A DNA stretch of 64,000 nucleotides from Actinomycetota bacterium (GCA_046733475.1 JBKPPF010000018.1:4138-68137); one strand, 5' to 3'; numbered from the stretch's first letter, positions 52,958 through 62,376 are shown. Made by a program: numbers and translations. Notes: generated by a model not told the origin, from the sequence alone.

Positions 52958-54210
52958 ACCGCACGGGTCTCTTTCGGCGTGCCAGGGTCCTCTTTCCGGG
53001 CGGCGTCAACTCTCCGGTGCGCGCGTGGAACTCCGTCTCGGCCGGCGAGCCCTTTTTCGCACGGCGCGGCGAAGGCGCCTACATCGAGGACAACGAGGGC
53101 CGCCGCTACGTCGACTGGGTGATGTCGTGGGGGCCGCTCGTCTTCGGCCACGCCGACCCCGAGATCGTCGAGGCGGTCCAGGAGGCCGCCGCGGATGGGA
53201 CGACCTTCGGCACGCCGACCGAGCGAGAGGTGGATCTCGCCGAGGAGATCGTGGATGCGGTGCCTTCGGTGGAGAAGGTGCGGCTCGTCTCGTCGGGCAC
53301 GGAGGCCGCGATGAGCGCGATCCGGCTCGCGCGCGGCGCGACCCACCGCGACCGCATTCTCAAGTTCGCTGGCTGCTACCACGGGCACGCCGACGCGCTC
53401 CTCGCCGAGGCCGGCTCCGGCCTCGCAACCCTCGGGCTGCCGTCGAGCCCAGGCGTGCCTCGCGGCGCGGCAGGCGACACGATCGTCACCGCGTACAACG
53501 ACGTCGACGCCGCTGCCGCCGCCGTCGAGCGCTACGGCGAAGGACTGGCTGCGGTGCTCGTGGAGCCGATCGCGGGGAACATGGGCGTCGTGCCACCGGC
53601 GCCGGGGTTCCTCGAGGCGCTCAGGGCGCTCTGCGACGCTTCCGGCGCCCTCCTCGTCTTCGACGAAGTGATCACCGGCTTTCGCGTTGCGCGAGGCGGG
53701 GCGCAGGAGCTCTACGGGATCAAGCCGGACCTCACCGTGCTCGGGAAGATCGTCGGCGGGGGCCTCCCGCTCGCGGCCTTCGGCGGACGCGCGGACGTGA
53801 TGGACGAGCTCGCGCCGGCCGGGCCCGTGTACCAGGCGGGCACCCTCTCCGGGAACCCGCTGGCGACCGCTGCGGCGCTCGTCGTTCTGCGACGGCTTCG
53901 CGATCCCGAGGTCTACCGGCGCCTCGAGGAGACCGGCGCCGCCCTCGAGGCCGGCCTGTCGATTTCCGGCGTCACCGTGCAGCGGGTCGGCGGGATGCTG
54001 ACCGCTTTCATGCAGGGCGGGCCGGTCTGGAACTTTGCCTCCGCCCAGGGCGCGGACACCGAGCGCTATGGGGAGCTCTTCCGCCACTTGCTCGAGCGCC
54101 GCGTCTATGTCGCCCCGTCGCAGTTCGAGGCCATGTTCGTCTCGACGGCGCACGGCCCGGCCGAGGTCGAGCGCACTGTCGATGCGGCCCGGGAGCTCCT
54201 TGGCGCCTAG
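52954..54210 (+). CDS. hemL: glutamate-1-semialdehyde 2,1-aminomutase
   Basis: FPGGVNSPVRAW, GTPTE and LGKIVGGGLP. The only start-like codon at the expected distance upstream of PGGVNSP is CTG 52954, which overlaps the hemB stop (CTGA). Confidence 0.88.
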   Translation: MNRTGLFRRARVLFPGGVNSPVRAWNSVSAGEPFFARRGEGAYIEDNEGRRYVDWVMSWGPLVFGHADPEIVEAVQEAAADGTTFGTPTEREVDLAEEIVDAVPSVEKVRLVSSGTEAAMSAIRLARGATHRDRILKFAGCYHGHADALLAEAGSGLATLGLPSSPGVPRGAAGDTIVTAYNDVDAAAAAVERYGEGLAAVLVEPIAGNMGVVPPAPGFLEALRALCDASGALLVFDEVITGFRVARGGAQELYGIKPDLTVLGKIVGGGLPLAAFGGRADVMDELAPAGPVYQAGTLSGNPLATAAALVVLRRLRDPEVYRRLEETGAALEAGLSISGVTVQRVGGMLTAFMQGGPVWNFASAQGADTERYGELFRHLLERRVYVAPSQFEAMFVSTAHGPAEVERTVDAARELLGA

Positions 54211-54667
54211 CAGACCCTCGCTCTGGGAGACGATCGCCGTCGAGGCCGGGCGGGAGAGCCAGCTCTGGGCGGCCGCCCTCCGGCCCGAGCCCGAGCGCGA
54301 GGAGCAGGCTGTCTTTTCCCCGCTCGCAGCGGAGCGCTTCGCTGTCGGGCTCGAGACAATCTACGAGGGCTATCTCCTGCACAACGGCAAGCCGCGGCTC
54401 TTCCGCGCCGACGACCGCGACACGCGGATCCTCCTCGGCGACTACCTCTACGCGCACGGCTTGGTCCGCATCGCCTCGCTCGGCGACGTCGAGGCCGTCG
54501 GGGCCCTTGCAGAGCTCCTCTCCCTCTGCGCCCACCTGCGAGCGCAGGGTCTTCCCGGCGACGGCGAGGTCTGGGCCGCGACGGTCGCGGCGCTCGACGG
54601 AGGCGCCGAGGGAAGCGACGAGGCTCGCGGCCGGGCCCTTGCCCTTCACGCTGAGCGAGTGGAGTAG
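54200..54667 (+). CDS. small protein resembling a truncated polyprenyl synthase without Asp-rich motifs
   Basis: ILLGDYLYAHGLVRIASLGDVEAVGALAELL parallels AAGDYLFARAFAQLAATGDAEAVAILSEAT of the full-length synthase at 60326-61252. TTG 54200 is the putative start. Confidence 0.55.
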   Translation: MAPSRPSLWETIAVEAGRESQLWAAALRPEPEREEQAVFSPLAAERFAVGLETIYEGYLLHNGKPRLFRADDRDTRILLGDYLYAHGLVRIASLGDVEAVGALAELLSLCAHLRAQGLPGDGEVWAATVAALDGGAEGSDEARGRALALHAERVE

Positions 54668-54679
54668 GATCCTGCCCGC

Positions 54680-54865
54680 ATGAGCGCGCTCGCCACAGCG
54701 ATATTGCTCGCAGCGGAGAAAACCCCGGCGGAAGAAGGCCGGGACGTCGTCCTCGTCATGCTCGCGACGGGGGCCGTCTTCCTCGGCGTTGTCCTGATCG
54801 GGCAGCTGTTCCGCTACATGGGCCACCGCCGCAAGGAACGCCGCGCCGCTCGCCGCGCATACTAG
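54680..54865 (+). CDS. small single-pass membrane protein with an Arg-rich tail
   Basis: 61 aa with helix VVLVMLATGAVFLGVVLIGQLF and GC-rich third positions. No family recognised. Confidence 0.45.
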   Translation: MSALATAILLAAEKTPAEEGRDVVLVMLATGAVFLGVVLIGQLFRYMGHRRKERRAARRAY

Positions 54866-54896
54866 GGCGCGAGACCTACCCGGATAGACTCAAGTC

Positions 54897-56381
54897 GTGC
54901 CCGCGGCCGACCTCCGTTCCTGGATCGACGAGCTTCGCCGAGCCGGTGAGCTGGTCGAGATCGAGGCCGAGGTCGACCCGTATCTCGAGGTGACCGAGAT
55001 CGTCGACCGGACGGTCAAGTCCGGCGGCCCGGCGCTCCTCTTCAAGAACCTCAAGGGCTCCGAGCACCCTCTTCTCGCCAACCAGTTCGGTACGGGGAGG
55101 CGGATGGCGATGGCTTTCGGCGAGCCCTCCCTGGACGCTGTCGGCCAGAAGCTGGGCGACGTGCTCGAGATGCAGCCGCCGCAGGGCATCGTCGAAAAGG
55201 TCAAGGGCCTCGGGAAGCTGAAGCGCCTCGCCGACTCGATGCCGAAGTCGGTCCGGAGCGGGCCGGTCCACGACGTTGTCCTCGAGCCCGACCTCGACCT
55301 CCTGCCGATCCAGCACTGCTGGCCGGGAGATCCGGCGCCGTTCATCACGCTGCCCGCGGTGATCACGAAGGACCCGCGCACGGGCACGCGCAACGTCGGC
55401 ATGTACCGGATGCAGAAGATCGACTCGCGCACGACCTTCATGCACTGGCAGATCCACAAGGACGGCGCCGCCGACTGGCGCGGCATGGGCGACCGCCTCG
55501 ACGTGGCCGTCGCGCTCGGCTGCGATCCGGTGACCACGTATTCAGCGAGCGCGCCGCTCCCGAAGCACATCGACGAGTTCATGCTCGCCGGCTTCCTCCG
55601 CGGCGAGGCGGTCGAGCTCACCCCCGCGAAGACCGTCGACCTCGAGGTGCCCGCGAACGCGGAGATCGTCCTCGAGGGCTACATCGAGAAAGGCGAGCTC
55701 GGGACCGAGGGGCCTTTCGGCGACCACACGGGCTACTACTCTCCGGCCGAGCCCTTCCCGGTCTTCCACCTGACCTGTATGACGATGCGACGCGACGCCG
55801 TCTACCCGTCGATCGTGGTCGGCGTGCCCCCCGCGGAGGACGCCTGGCTGGGCAAGGCGACCGAGCGGATCTTCCTGCCGGCGATCAAGATGACGGTCCC
55901 GGAGATCGTGGACTACGACCTGCCGGTCGCGGGCGCGTTCCACAACTGCGTCATCGTCTCGATCCGCAAGGGCTTTCCGGGCCACGCGAAGAAGGTGATG
56001 CACGCGATCTGGGGGCTCGGGATGCTCTCGCTCTCGAAGTCGGTGGTCGTCGTGGACGAGTTCGTCGACGTGCACGACTACGAGCAGGTCTTCTTCCACG
56101 CCTGCGCCAACGTCGACCCGGGCCGGGACCTGCTCATCTCCGAGGGGCCGACGGACCAGCTCGACCACGCTGCGTCCATGTACTGCTACGGCGGCAAGGT
56201 CGGAATCGACGCGACCCACAAGTGGGAGAGCGAAGGCGCCCGCGAGTGGCCGGAGCGCATCGAGATGAGCCAGGAAGTTCGTGACCTGGTCGACGGGCGC
56301 TGGAGCGAGTACGGCCTCGCGCCCTCCGAGGCGCAGAACGGCGGAATTTCCCAGGTCTTGCGGCAAACGGTACGTCGTTGA
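54897..56381 (+). CDS. ubiD: UbiD-family decarboxylase (late menaquinone/futalosine-pathway type)
   Basis: 494 aa with ...GGPALLFKNLKGS..., NVGMYRMQ and GPFGDHTGYY. Confidence 0.88.
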   Translation: MPAADLRSWIDELRRAGELVEIEAEVDPYLEVTEIVDRTVKSGGPALLFKNLKGSEHPLLANQFGTGRRMAMAFGEPSLDAVGQKLGDVLEMQPPQGIVEKVKGLGKLKRLADSMPKSVRSGPVHDVVLEPDLDLLPIQHCWPGDPAPFITLPAVITKDPRTGTRNVGMYRMQKIDSRTTFMHWQIHKDGAADWRGMGDRLDVAVALGCDPVTTYSASAPLPKHIDEFMLAGFLRGEAVELTPAKTVDLEVPANAEIVLEGYIEKGELGTEGPFGDHTGYYSPAEPFPVFHLTCMTMRRDAVYPSIVVGVPPAEDAWLGKATERIFLPAIKMTVPEIVDYDLPVAGAFHNCVIVSIRKGFPGHAKKVMHAIWGLGMLSLSKSVVVVDEFVDVHDYEQVFFHACANVDPGRDLLISEGPTDQLDHAASMYCYGGKVGIDATHKWESEGAREWPERIEMSQEVRDLVDGRWSEYGLAPSEAQNGGISQVLRQTVRR

Positions 56382-56448
56382 CACATGCGCGGGAGGCCGG
56401 GAACAATGCCGGAGCTTGTGACAGGGGCCGCACTATGAAGGGAGCTGG

Positions 56449-57411
56449 GTGGCGGACGATCTAGAGCGGCCGGCTGAGCCGGCCCAGGAGGATTCCGAGC
56501 AGCACCTCCCGGCCCCGTCGATCCTCCCCTTTGCCTTTGCGGGCGGGATCGCCCTCATCCTCATCGGGCTGATCATCAACTGGTGGCTCGCCGTCGCCGG
56601 CGGCGTCCTCGCGCTCCTCTTCGGCTTCGCCTGGATCCGCGAAGTGACCCGCGACGTCCGGGCGGCTCCCGAGCCCGAGCCGGTCGTCGTCGAGGAGCCT
56701 GTCTCCGAGCTGGCGGCCGAGGAGGAGGAGGGCTCCGAGGAGCCCGAGCGCTACCCGCGCAGCGTGTTCCTCGAGCTCTCGACGCTCGGCATCGGCGCGG
56801 CGATCGGCGCCCTGGTCACGGTCCCCGCGCTCGGCTTCATGATCGCCCCCGCCTTTGTCGGCCAGGGCGACGACGACGTCGACCTCGGCCCGCTCGACAA
56901 CTTCCCCGAGCAGCAGTACGTGATCGCGCAGTTCAACTCGAAGAAGGACGAGCCGCAGGACGTCGGCCGCCGGGCTGCCTTCGTCCGCAACAACGGCCAG
57001 CAGAACGGCGTCCCGAGCTTCACGATCATCTCGAACCGCTGCGCTCACGTGGGCTGCCCGACCCAGCCGCAGGGCCTTCCGGGCGACGTCAAGCAGATCA
57101 CGACCGACGCCGGCCCGGTGACGATCACGCCGGTCGCGAGCGTGTCCGGCTTCCAGTGCCCGTGCCACGGAGGCGCCTACGACGCCGAGGGGAACCGCGT
57201 CGCCGGCCCGCCCGTGCGCGCGCTCGACCGCTACGAGTTCATGATCAGGAACGGCAACCTCGTCCTCGGCAAGCGCTACAGCGTCGGCAAGGTCACCGGG
57301 CAGGGAGCCGACGCGAAGATCTACGCGTACAAGCGCTATGACCCGGGCCAGCACGTCGACGGTCTCGAGCAGTACCTCTGGCCCCTCCCGCCGTATGAGG
57401 GCGGCAGCTAG
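56449..57411 (+). CDS. qcrA: Rieske iron-sulfur subunit of the menaquinol:cytochrome c reductase
   Basis: CAHVGCP ... CPCHGGAYD, with N-terminal TM helices. Confidence 0.88.
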   Translation: MADDLERPAEPAQEDSEQHLPAPSILPFAFAGGIALILIGLIINWWLAVAGGVLALLFGFAWIREVTRDVRAAPEPEPVVVEEPVSELAAEEEEGSEEPERYPRSVFLELSTLGIGAAIGALVTVPALGFMIAPAFVGQGDDDVDLGPLDNFPEQQYVIAQFNSKKDEPQDVGRRAAFVRNNGQQNGVPSFTIISNRCAHVGCPTQPQGLPGDVKQITTDAGPVTITPVASVSGFQCPCHGGAYDAEGNRVAGPPVRALDRYEFMIRNGNLVLGKRYSVGKVTGQGADAKIYAYKRYDPGQHVDGLEQYLWPLPPYEGGS

Positions 57412-58220
57412 TGGCGAGGACGAAGTCGAAGCGCCAGCAGCAGCTCGAGCAAGCCGTGGTGATCCCGGTCGACTGGCTCGAAGAGCGCTCCGGGCTTGTC
57501 GGCGGGCTCAAGTACTTCCTCTTCCGCAGGGTGCCCGCCGAGACCAACTGGTTCCACACGCTCGGCTCGGCGACGCTCACCGCCTTCCTCGTCCAGGCGG
57601 TTACCGGCGTGATCCTCGCCATGTACTACAAGCCCGCGCCGAACGAGGCCTACGCCTCCATCCAGCACATCACGAACGACCTCACCCTCGGCTGGCTCGT
57701 GCGCGGCATGCACCGGTGGGGGGCGAGCGTCTTCATCATCCTGCTCTTCCTGCACATGGGGCGCGTCTTCCTCTTCGGCGCTTACAAGTACCCGCGCGAG
57801 CTCAACTGGCTCGTCGGCGTGATCCTCCTGACGATGGCGCTCGGGGAGGGCCTCACCGGCTACCTGCTGCCTTGGGACCAGACCGCGTACTGGGCCACGG
57901 TCGTCGCGATCAACATCAACGCCAACGCGCCGATCGTCGGGCCCTACCTGGGCGAGTTCCTCCGCGGCGGCGCCGAGATCGGGAACGACACGTTAGCCCG
58001 CTTCTACTCGTTGCACATGCTCGTCATCCCGGGCGGCTTGTTCGCGCTCATCGGGCTGCACCTCTATCTCGTCGTGCGCCTCGGGATCACCGCACCGCCC
58101 TGGACGAAGGCCGCCGGCGGCTACGAGGAGGTCGGGGACGGCCGGGCGCTCCGGAAGGGGCTCGTCGACCCGAAGCCGCGAGGCAACGGTGCCATCGCGC
58201 CGCGAAGGCCCGAGGCCTAG
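57411..58220 (+). CDS. qcrB: cytochrome b (b6-like, N-terminal four-helix half)
   Basis: RGMHRWGASVFIILLFLHMGRV and FYSLHMLVIPGGLFALIGLHLYLV (the two His pairs). GTG overlaps the qcrA stop by 1 nt. Confidence 0.9.
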   Translation: MARTKSKRQQQLEQAVVIPVDWLEERSGLVGGLKYFLFRRVPAETNWFHTLGSATLTAFLVQAVTGVILAMYYKPAPNEAYASIQHITNDLTLGWLVRGMHRWGASVFIILLFLHMGRVFLFGAYKYPRELNWLVGVILLTMALGEGLTGYLLPWDQTAYWATVVAININANAPIVGPYLGEFLRGGAEIGNDTLARFYSLHMLVIPGGLFALIGLHLYLVVRLGITAPPWTKAAGGYEEVGDGRALRKGLVDPKPRGNGAIAPRRPEA

Positions 58221-58223
58221 CCG

Positions 58224-59048
58224 ATGGCCAAGAAGGACGACAACCGGACCCAGTTCAAGCTCTACAAGGAGGATGTGCAGCGGCGCGGGAAGCCCTTCTT
58301 CCCGCACGCGATGTTCCACGACACCGTCATGAGCTTCGTGGTCGTGTCCGTGATCATCGCGCTCGCCTCCATCTGGTACTTCACGTCGGGCCCTGAGCCC
58401 GGTGACTCGGGCGTCCTCGGCCCGCGATACGCGGAGCAGGCCGACCCGGGCACGACACAGTTCATCCCGCGGCCGGACTGGTACTTCTACTTCCTCTTCT
58501 ATCTCCTGAGGATCTTCAAATGGCCCGAGACGGTCATCCTCGCCACGATCGGGATCCCGACCATCCTCCTGATCCTCCTGATCATGGTGCCGTTCTACGA
58601 CCGCCGACGCGAACGGAGGATCGCCCGCCGGCCGGTGGCCGTCGTGGCGGCGCTTCTCGTTGTCGCCTCGATGGGCGTACTCACCTACAAGGGCGCGACC
58701 GCGGAGGAGTCGCTCGGCAGCGAGAACAAAGCGCTCGTCCCGGTGTGGGTCGAGCAGCAGAACTTGTCCGCCGACGGCGAGAAGGGAGCCGAGATCTTCG
58801 CGCTCGCCGGCTGCATGGGCTGCCACACGTATCTCGGGGCAGGGAGCCCGAACCTCGGCGCGCCCGACCTCTCCGCCGAGGGCTCAAAGGGCCGGGGGGA
58901 GGAGTTCCAGATCGATCACCTCAAGTGCCCGAGCTGCGTGAACCCCGGTTCGCCCATGCCGCCCTTCCCGAACTTCACAGACGAGCAGTACCACCAGCTG
59001 GCCACCTTCCTCGAAGAGTCGAAGGGCCCGCAGGGCGGCGGGGGCTAA
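58224..59048 (+). CDS. qcrC: cytochrome b C-terminal (subunit IV-like) domain fused to a monohaem cytochrome c
   Basis: PDWYFYFLFYLLRIF (subunit IV signature), three helices, then CMGCH haem-c motif and GSPMPPF. Confidence 0.85.
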   Translation: MAKKDDNRTQFKLYKEDVQRRGKPFFPHAMFHDTVMSFVVVSVIIALASIWYFTSGPEPGDSGVLGPRYAEQADPGTTQFIPRPDWYFYFLFYLLRIFKWPETVILATIGIPTILLILLIMVPFYDRRRERRIARRPVAVVAALLVVASMGVLTYKGATAEESLGSENKALVPVWVEQQNLSADGEKGAEIFALAGCMGCHTYLGAGSPNLGAPDLSAEGSKGRGEEFQIDHLKCPSCVNPGSPMPPFPNFTDEQYHQLATFLEESKGPQGGGG

Positions 59049-59067
59049 CGCTCCCGGAGCGGGAGAG

Positions 59068-59655
59068 ATGAACGTCTTCCTCGGGATCACGGGTGCCTCC
59101 GGCGCCCCGTATGCGGCACGCCTGCTCGACGCGCTCGTCGCCGCGGACGTCGAGGTCGGGCTCTGCGCCTCCTCAGCCGGTCTCGAGGTCGTCGCCACCG
59201 AGCTCTACGGGGACCCAGACCTCGCCCGCGACGAGGTGCTGCGCCGTTTCGTCGGCGACCGCGCCGGCGTCACCGTGCATGGCTCCAATGACTGGCGAGC
59301 GCCCTATGCGAGCGGCTCGGCGAAGGTCGACGCCTACGTCATCTGCCCCTGCTCCATGGGCACTGCGGGGACGATCGCCTCCGGGACGATGTCGAACCTG
59401 ATCCACCGGGCCGCCTCGGTCGCGATCAAGGAGGGGCGGAAGCTGATCGTCGTTCCCCGGGAGACGCCGCTCTCCGACATCCACCTCGAGAACCTTCTGC
59501 GGCTGCGCCGCGCCGGAGCCGTCGTTCTCATGGCCGCGCCCGGCTTCTACAACGCTCCCCAGAGCATCGACGATCTGATCGAATTCGTAGTCGGGAGATG
59601 CCTGGACCAGCTGGAAATCGAGAACAGGCTGACGAAGCGATGGGGGCAGGAGTGA
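59068..59655 (+). CDS. ubiX: flavin prenyltransferase UbiX
   Basis: GITGASGAPYAARLL ... ICPCSMGT. Confidence 0.9.
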   Translation: MNVFLGITGASGAPYAARLLDALVAADVEVGLCASSAGLEVVATELYGDPDLARDEVLRRFVGDRAGVTVHGSNDWRAPYASGSAKVDAYVICPCSMGTAGTIASGTMSNLIHRAASVAIKEGRKLIVVPRETPLSDIHLENLLRLRRAGAVVLMAAPGFYNAPQSIDDLIEFVVGRCLDQLEIENRLTKRWGQE

Positions 59656-60329
59656 CGACAGGCGTCCTCCCGCCGTCGGAAGTGCGCGCGATGTTCGACC
59701 GCATCTCGCCCGTCTACGACTTCATGAACCACGCGATGACGGCCGGGCTCGACCGGCGCTGGCGCCGGCTCGCTGCCGAGACCGTCGTGCGCCCGGGAGA
59801 CGCCGTGCTCGACGCGTGCTGCGGCACGGGCGATCTGGCGATCGCGGGAGAGCGGGCCGGCGGCCGCGTGACCGGCCTCGATTTCTCCGAGCAGATGCTG
59901 GTCAGGGCCCGTGCCAAGTCGGGGAGCGTGGAGTGGGTTCTGGGCGACGTCACGGCGCTTCCGTTCGACGACGCGAGCTTCGACGCCGTCACCGTCGGCT
60001 TCGGCATCCGCAACGTCCCCGACCTCGATGTCGGCCTCGCGGAGCTGGCACGCGTTCTCCGGCCGGGCGGCCGCGTCGCGTGCCTCGAGATCACGCGTCC
60101 GGAAGGCTTGGTCAAGCCGTTCTTCCGGCTCTGGTTCGACGGTCTCGTGCCCCTGGCGGGCAAGGTTCTGCCGGGCGGGCGGGCGTACTCCTATCTTCCG
60201 GCGAGCGTGCGGCGGTTCCCCGGCCCCTCGGATCTCGCCGCGGCATTCGGTCGCGCCGGCTTCGACGGCGTAGGCTGGAAGCTCATGGGCGGCGGGATCG
60301 TCGCTCTGCACGTGGGAACGAAGCGATGA
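59640..60329 (+). CDS. ubiE: demethylmenaquinone methyltransferase (UbiE/MenG)
   Basis: MFDRISPVYDFMNHAMTAGLDRRWR ... DACCGTGDLA. GTG 59652 (GTGA overlap with ubiX) is an alternative start. Confidence 0.88.
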   Translation: MGAGVTTGVLPPSEVRAMFDRISPVYDFMNHAMTAGLDRRWRRLAAETVVRPGDAVLDACCGTGDLAIAGERAGGRVTGLDFSEQMLVRARAKSGSVEWVLGDVTALPFDDASFDAVTVGFGIRNVPDLDVGLAELARVLRPGGRVACLEITRPEGLVKPFFRLWFDGLVPLAGKVLPGGRAYSYLPASVRRFPGPSDLAAAFGRAGFDGVGWKLMGGGIVALHVGTKR

Positions 60330-61252
60330 ATGCGCTGGCGACCATCAGGCAGGCCCCCGGGCTCGACCGCTACCTCGACCTGCTCGAGCACCGGCTGGAG
60401 GACGCCGTCGGGGCGTTCCCGGGCCGCCTCGGTGAGGTGGGCGCGGACACGCTCGCGGCGGGCGGCAAGCGGCTCAGGCCTTTGCTCGTCTTCCTCTCGA
60501 CTCCGGTGGAGGAGCGGGACGGCGAGCGTTCGGTGGCGGGGGGTGCCGCCGTCGAGCTCGTCCACATGGCGACCCTCGTCCACGACGACCTGCTCGACGG
60601 GGCCGACCTGCGCCGCGGCCGTCCGACGGTCTGGGCCGAGCACGGCGAGGCGACTGCCCGGGCGGCAGGCGACTATCTCTTCGCGCGGGCGTTCGCGCAG
60701 CTCGCGGCAACCGGCGATGCGGAAGCGGTCGCCATTCTCTCGGAGGCCACGCTCGCCCTCGCCCGCGGCGAGGCGCTGCAGCGGCGGCAGGCCTTTCGCC
60801 CAGAGACCTCGGTGGACGAGTACCTCGCCCGCTGCTCCCTGAAGACCGGCAAGCTCTTCGAGGCGGCGTGCCTTCTCGGCAGCAGGACGAACGGCGCCGG
60901 ACTCGGCGCGTTCGGCCTCGCGCTCGGCATCGCCTTCCAGATCGCGGACGACATCCTCGATTGCTGCGGCGACTTCGACACGACCGGGAAGGTGGCGGGG
61001 GTCGACCTCCGCGACGGCACGCCGACCCTTCCCCTCATCCTCGCCGCGCGGCGGGATGAGTCCGTGGCGAAGGCGCTCGCCGGCGAGGAGGTCGTCGACG
61101 CGCTCGACCGTGTGGCCGCGACCGGCGCGCTGGACGAGGCCCGCGACTTCGCCCTCCGCTACGCGGCCGAGGCCCGGGCGGCGCTCGACGGCCGGCCGGA
61201 CAGCGCCTCACTGGAGACCCTGACGCATATCGTTGTGGACAGGGAGGGATGA
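60326..61252 (+). CDS. trans-polyprenyl diphosphate synthase (HepT-like large subunit)
   Basis: Both Asp-rich motifs are present (LVHDDLLD and QIADDILD). ATGA overlap with ubiE. Confidence 0.88.
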   Translation: MNALATIRQAPGLDRYLDLLEHRLEDAVGAFPGRLGEVGADTLAAGGKRLRPLLVFLSTPVEERDGERSVAGGAAVELVHMATLVHDDLLDGADLRRGRPTVWAEHGEATARAAGDYLFARAFAQLAATGDAEAVAILSEATLALARGEALQRRQAFRPETSVDEYLARCSLKTGKLFEAACLLGSRTNGAGLGAFGLALGIAFQIADDILDCCGDFDTTGKVAGVDLRDGTPTLPLILAARRDESVAKALAGEEVVDALDRVAATGALDEARDFALRYAAEARAALDGRPDSASLETLTHIVVDREG

Positions 61253-62376
61253 GGATGGCCGTCGCCACCGGACAGCGTGCGCTCGATGCGATCTGGGAGA
61301 AGGTCGAGGACAACGCGCGCCTCGACTTCGAGGACGGGCTAGTGCTCATGGAGTCCGATGACCTCCTGCAGCTCGGCGAGCTTGCGGACGCTGCGCGGCG
61401 CCGGCGCGGCGGCACGGACGAGGTCTACTTCGTCCAGAACCTCTATTTGAACCAGACGAACGTCTGCCGCGTGAAATGCAAGTTCTGCGCGTTCGCCGTC
61501 ACGCAGAAGCAGGGCGATGCCTACACGTATACGCCGGCCGAGATGGTCGAGGACGCGGTCGCGCAGCGCGAGCTTTCGCGCTTCACGGAGATCCACATGG
61601 TCGGCGGCGAGAATCCGCACGTCGATTTCGACTACTACGTGGACATCGTCCGGAGCCTGCACGACGCGTTGCCGGACGTGCACCTGAAGCTCTTCACGGC
61701 GAGCGAGATCCACCACATGACGAAGCTCTCGGGCCTCTCGCACGAGGAAGTGCTCGTCCAGCTCAAGGACGCGGGGCTCGGCTCGCTTCCGGGTGGCGGC
61801 GCGGAGGTCTTCGCCGATCGCGTCCGCCGGCTGATCGCCCCGGGCAAGGAGCACCCGGACTTCTGGTTCCACACGCACCGGACCGCCCACGGGCTCGGGA
61901 TCCCGACGCACTGCACGATGCTCTACGGCCACGTCGAGACCTACGAGGAGCGGGTCGACCACCTGCTTCGCCTCCGCGAGCAGCAGGACGAGACCGGCGG
62001 GTTCCTCGCGTTCATCCCGCTCGCGTTCCATCCCGAGAACACCGTTTTCGAGCGGCGCGGCTGGACATTCACTCTCGGCTCCGACGACCTGAAGATGATC
62101 GCCGTCTCGCGGCTCCTCCTCGACAACATCGCGAACGTGAAGGCCTACTGGATCATGATGGGCCTGCCGCTCGCCCAGGTCGCGCTCCACTTCGGCGCGA
62201 ACGACGTGCAGGGGACGGTGGTCCGCGAGCAGATCTTCCATGCGGCGGGCGCGGTGACCGAGACCGAGCAGAAGATCGACGAGCTCGTGCGGGTCGTGCG
62301 CGCCGCCGGCCGGATCCCGGTGCAGCGTGACACCCTCTACAACGAGGTGCGCCGGTGGAACGGAGCTGCCTCGTGA
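61249..62376 (+). CDS. mqnE: radical-SAM aminofutalosine synthase
   Basis: NQTNVCRVKCKFCAF cluster motif, EIHMVGGENP and FIPLAFHPENT. The MqnE versus MqnC assignment is from recalled family patterns. Confidence 0.72.
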   Translation: MRMAVATGQRALDAIWEKVEDNARLDFEDGLVLMESDDLLQLGELADAARRRRGGTDEVYFVQNLYLNQTNVCRVKCKFCAFAVTQKQGDAYTYTPAEMVEDAVAQRELSRFTEIHMVGGENPHVDFDYYVDIVRSLHDALPDVHLKLFTASEIHHMTKLSGLSHEEVLVQLKDAGLGSLPGGGAEVFADRVRRLIAPGKEHPDFWFHTHRTAHGLGIPTHCTMLYGHVETYEERVDHLLRLREQQDETGGFLAFIPLAFHPENTVFERRGWTFTLGSDDLKMIAVSRLLLDNIANVKAYWIMMGLPLAQVALHFGANDVQGTVVREQIFHAAGAVTETEQKIDELVRVVRAAGRIPVQRDTLYNEVRRWNGAAS

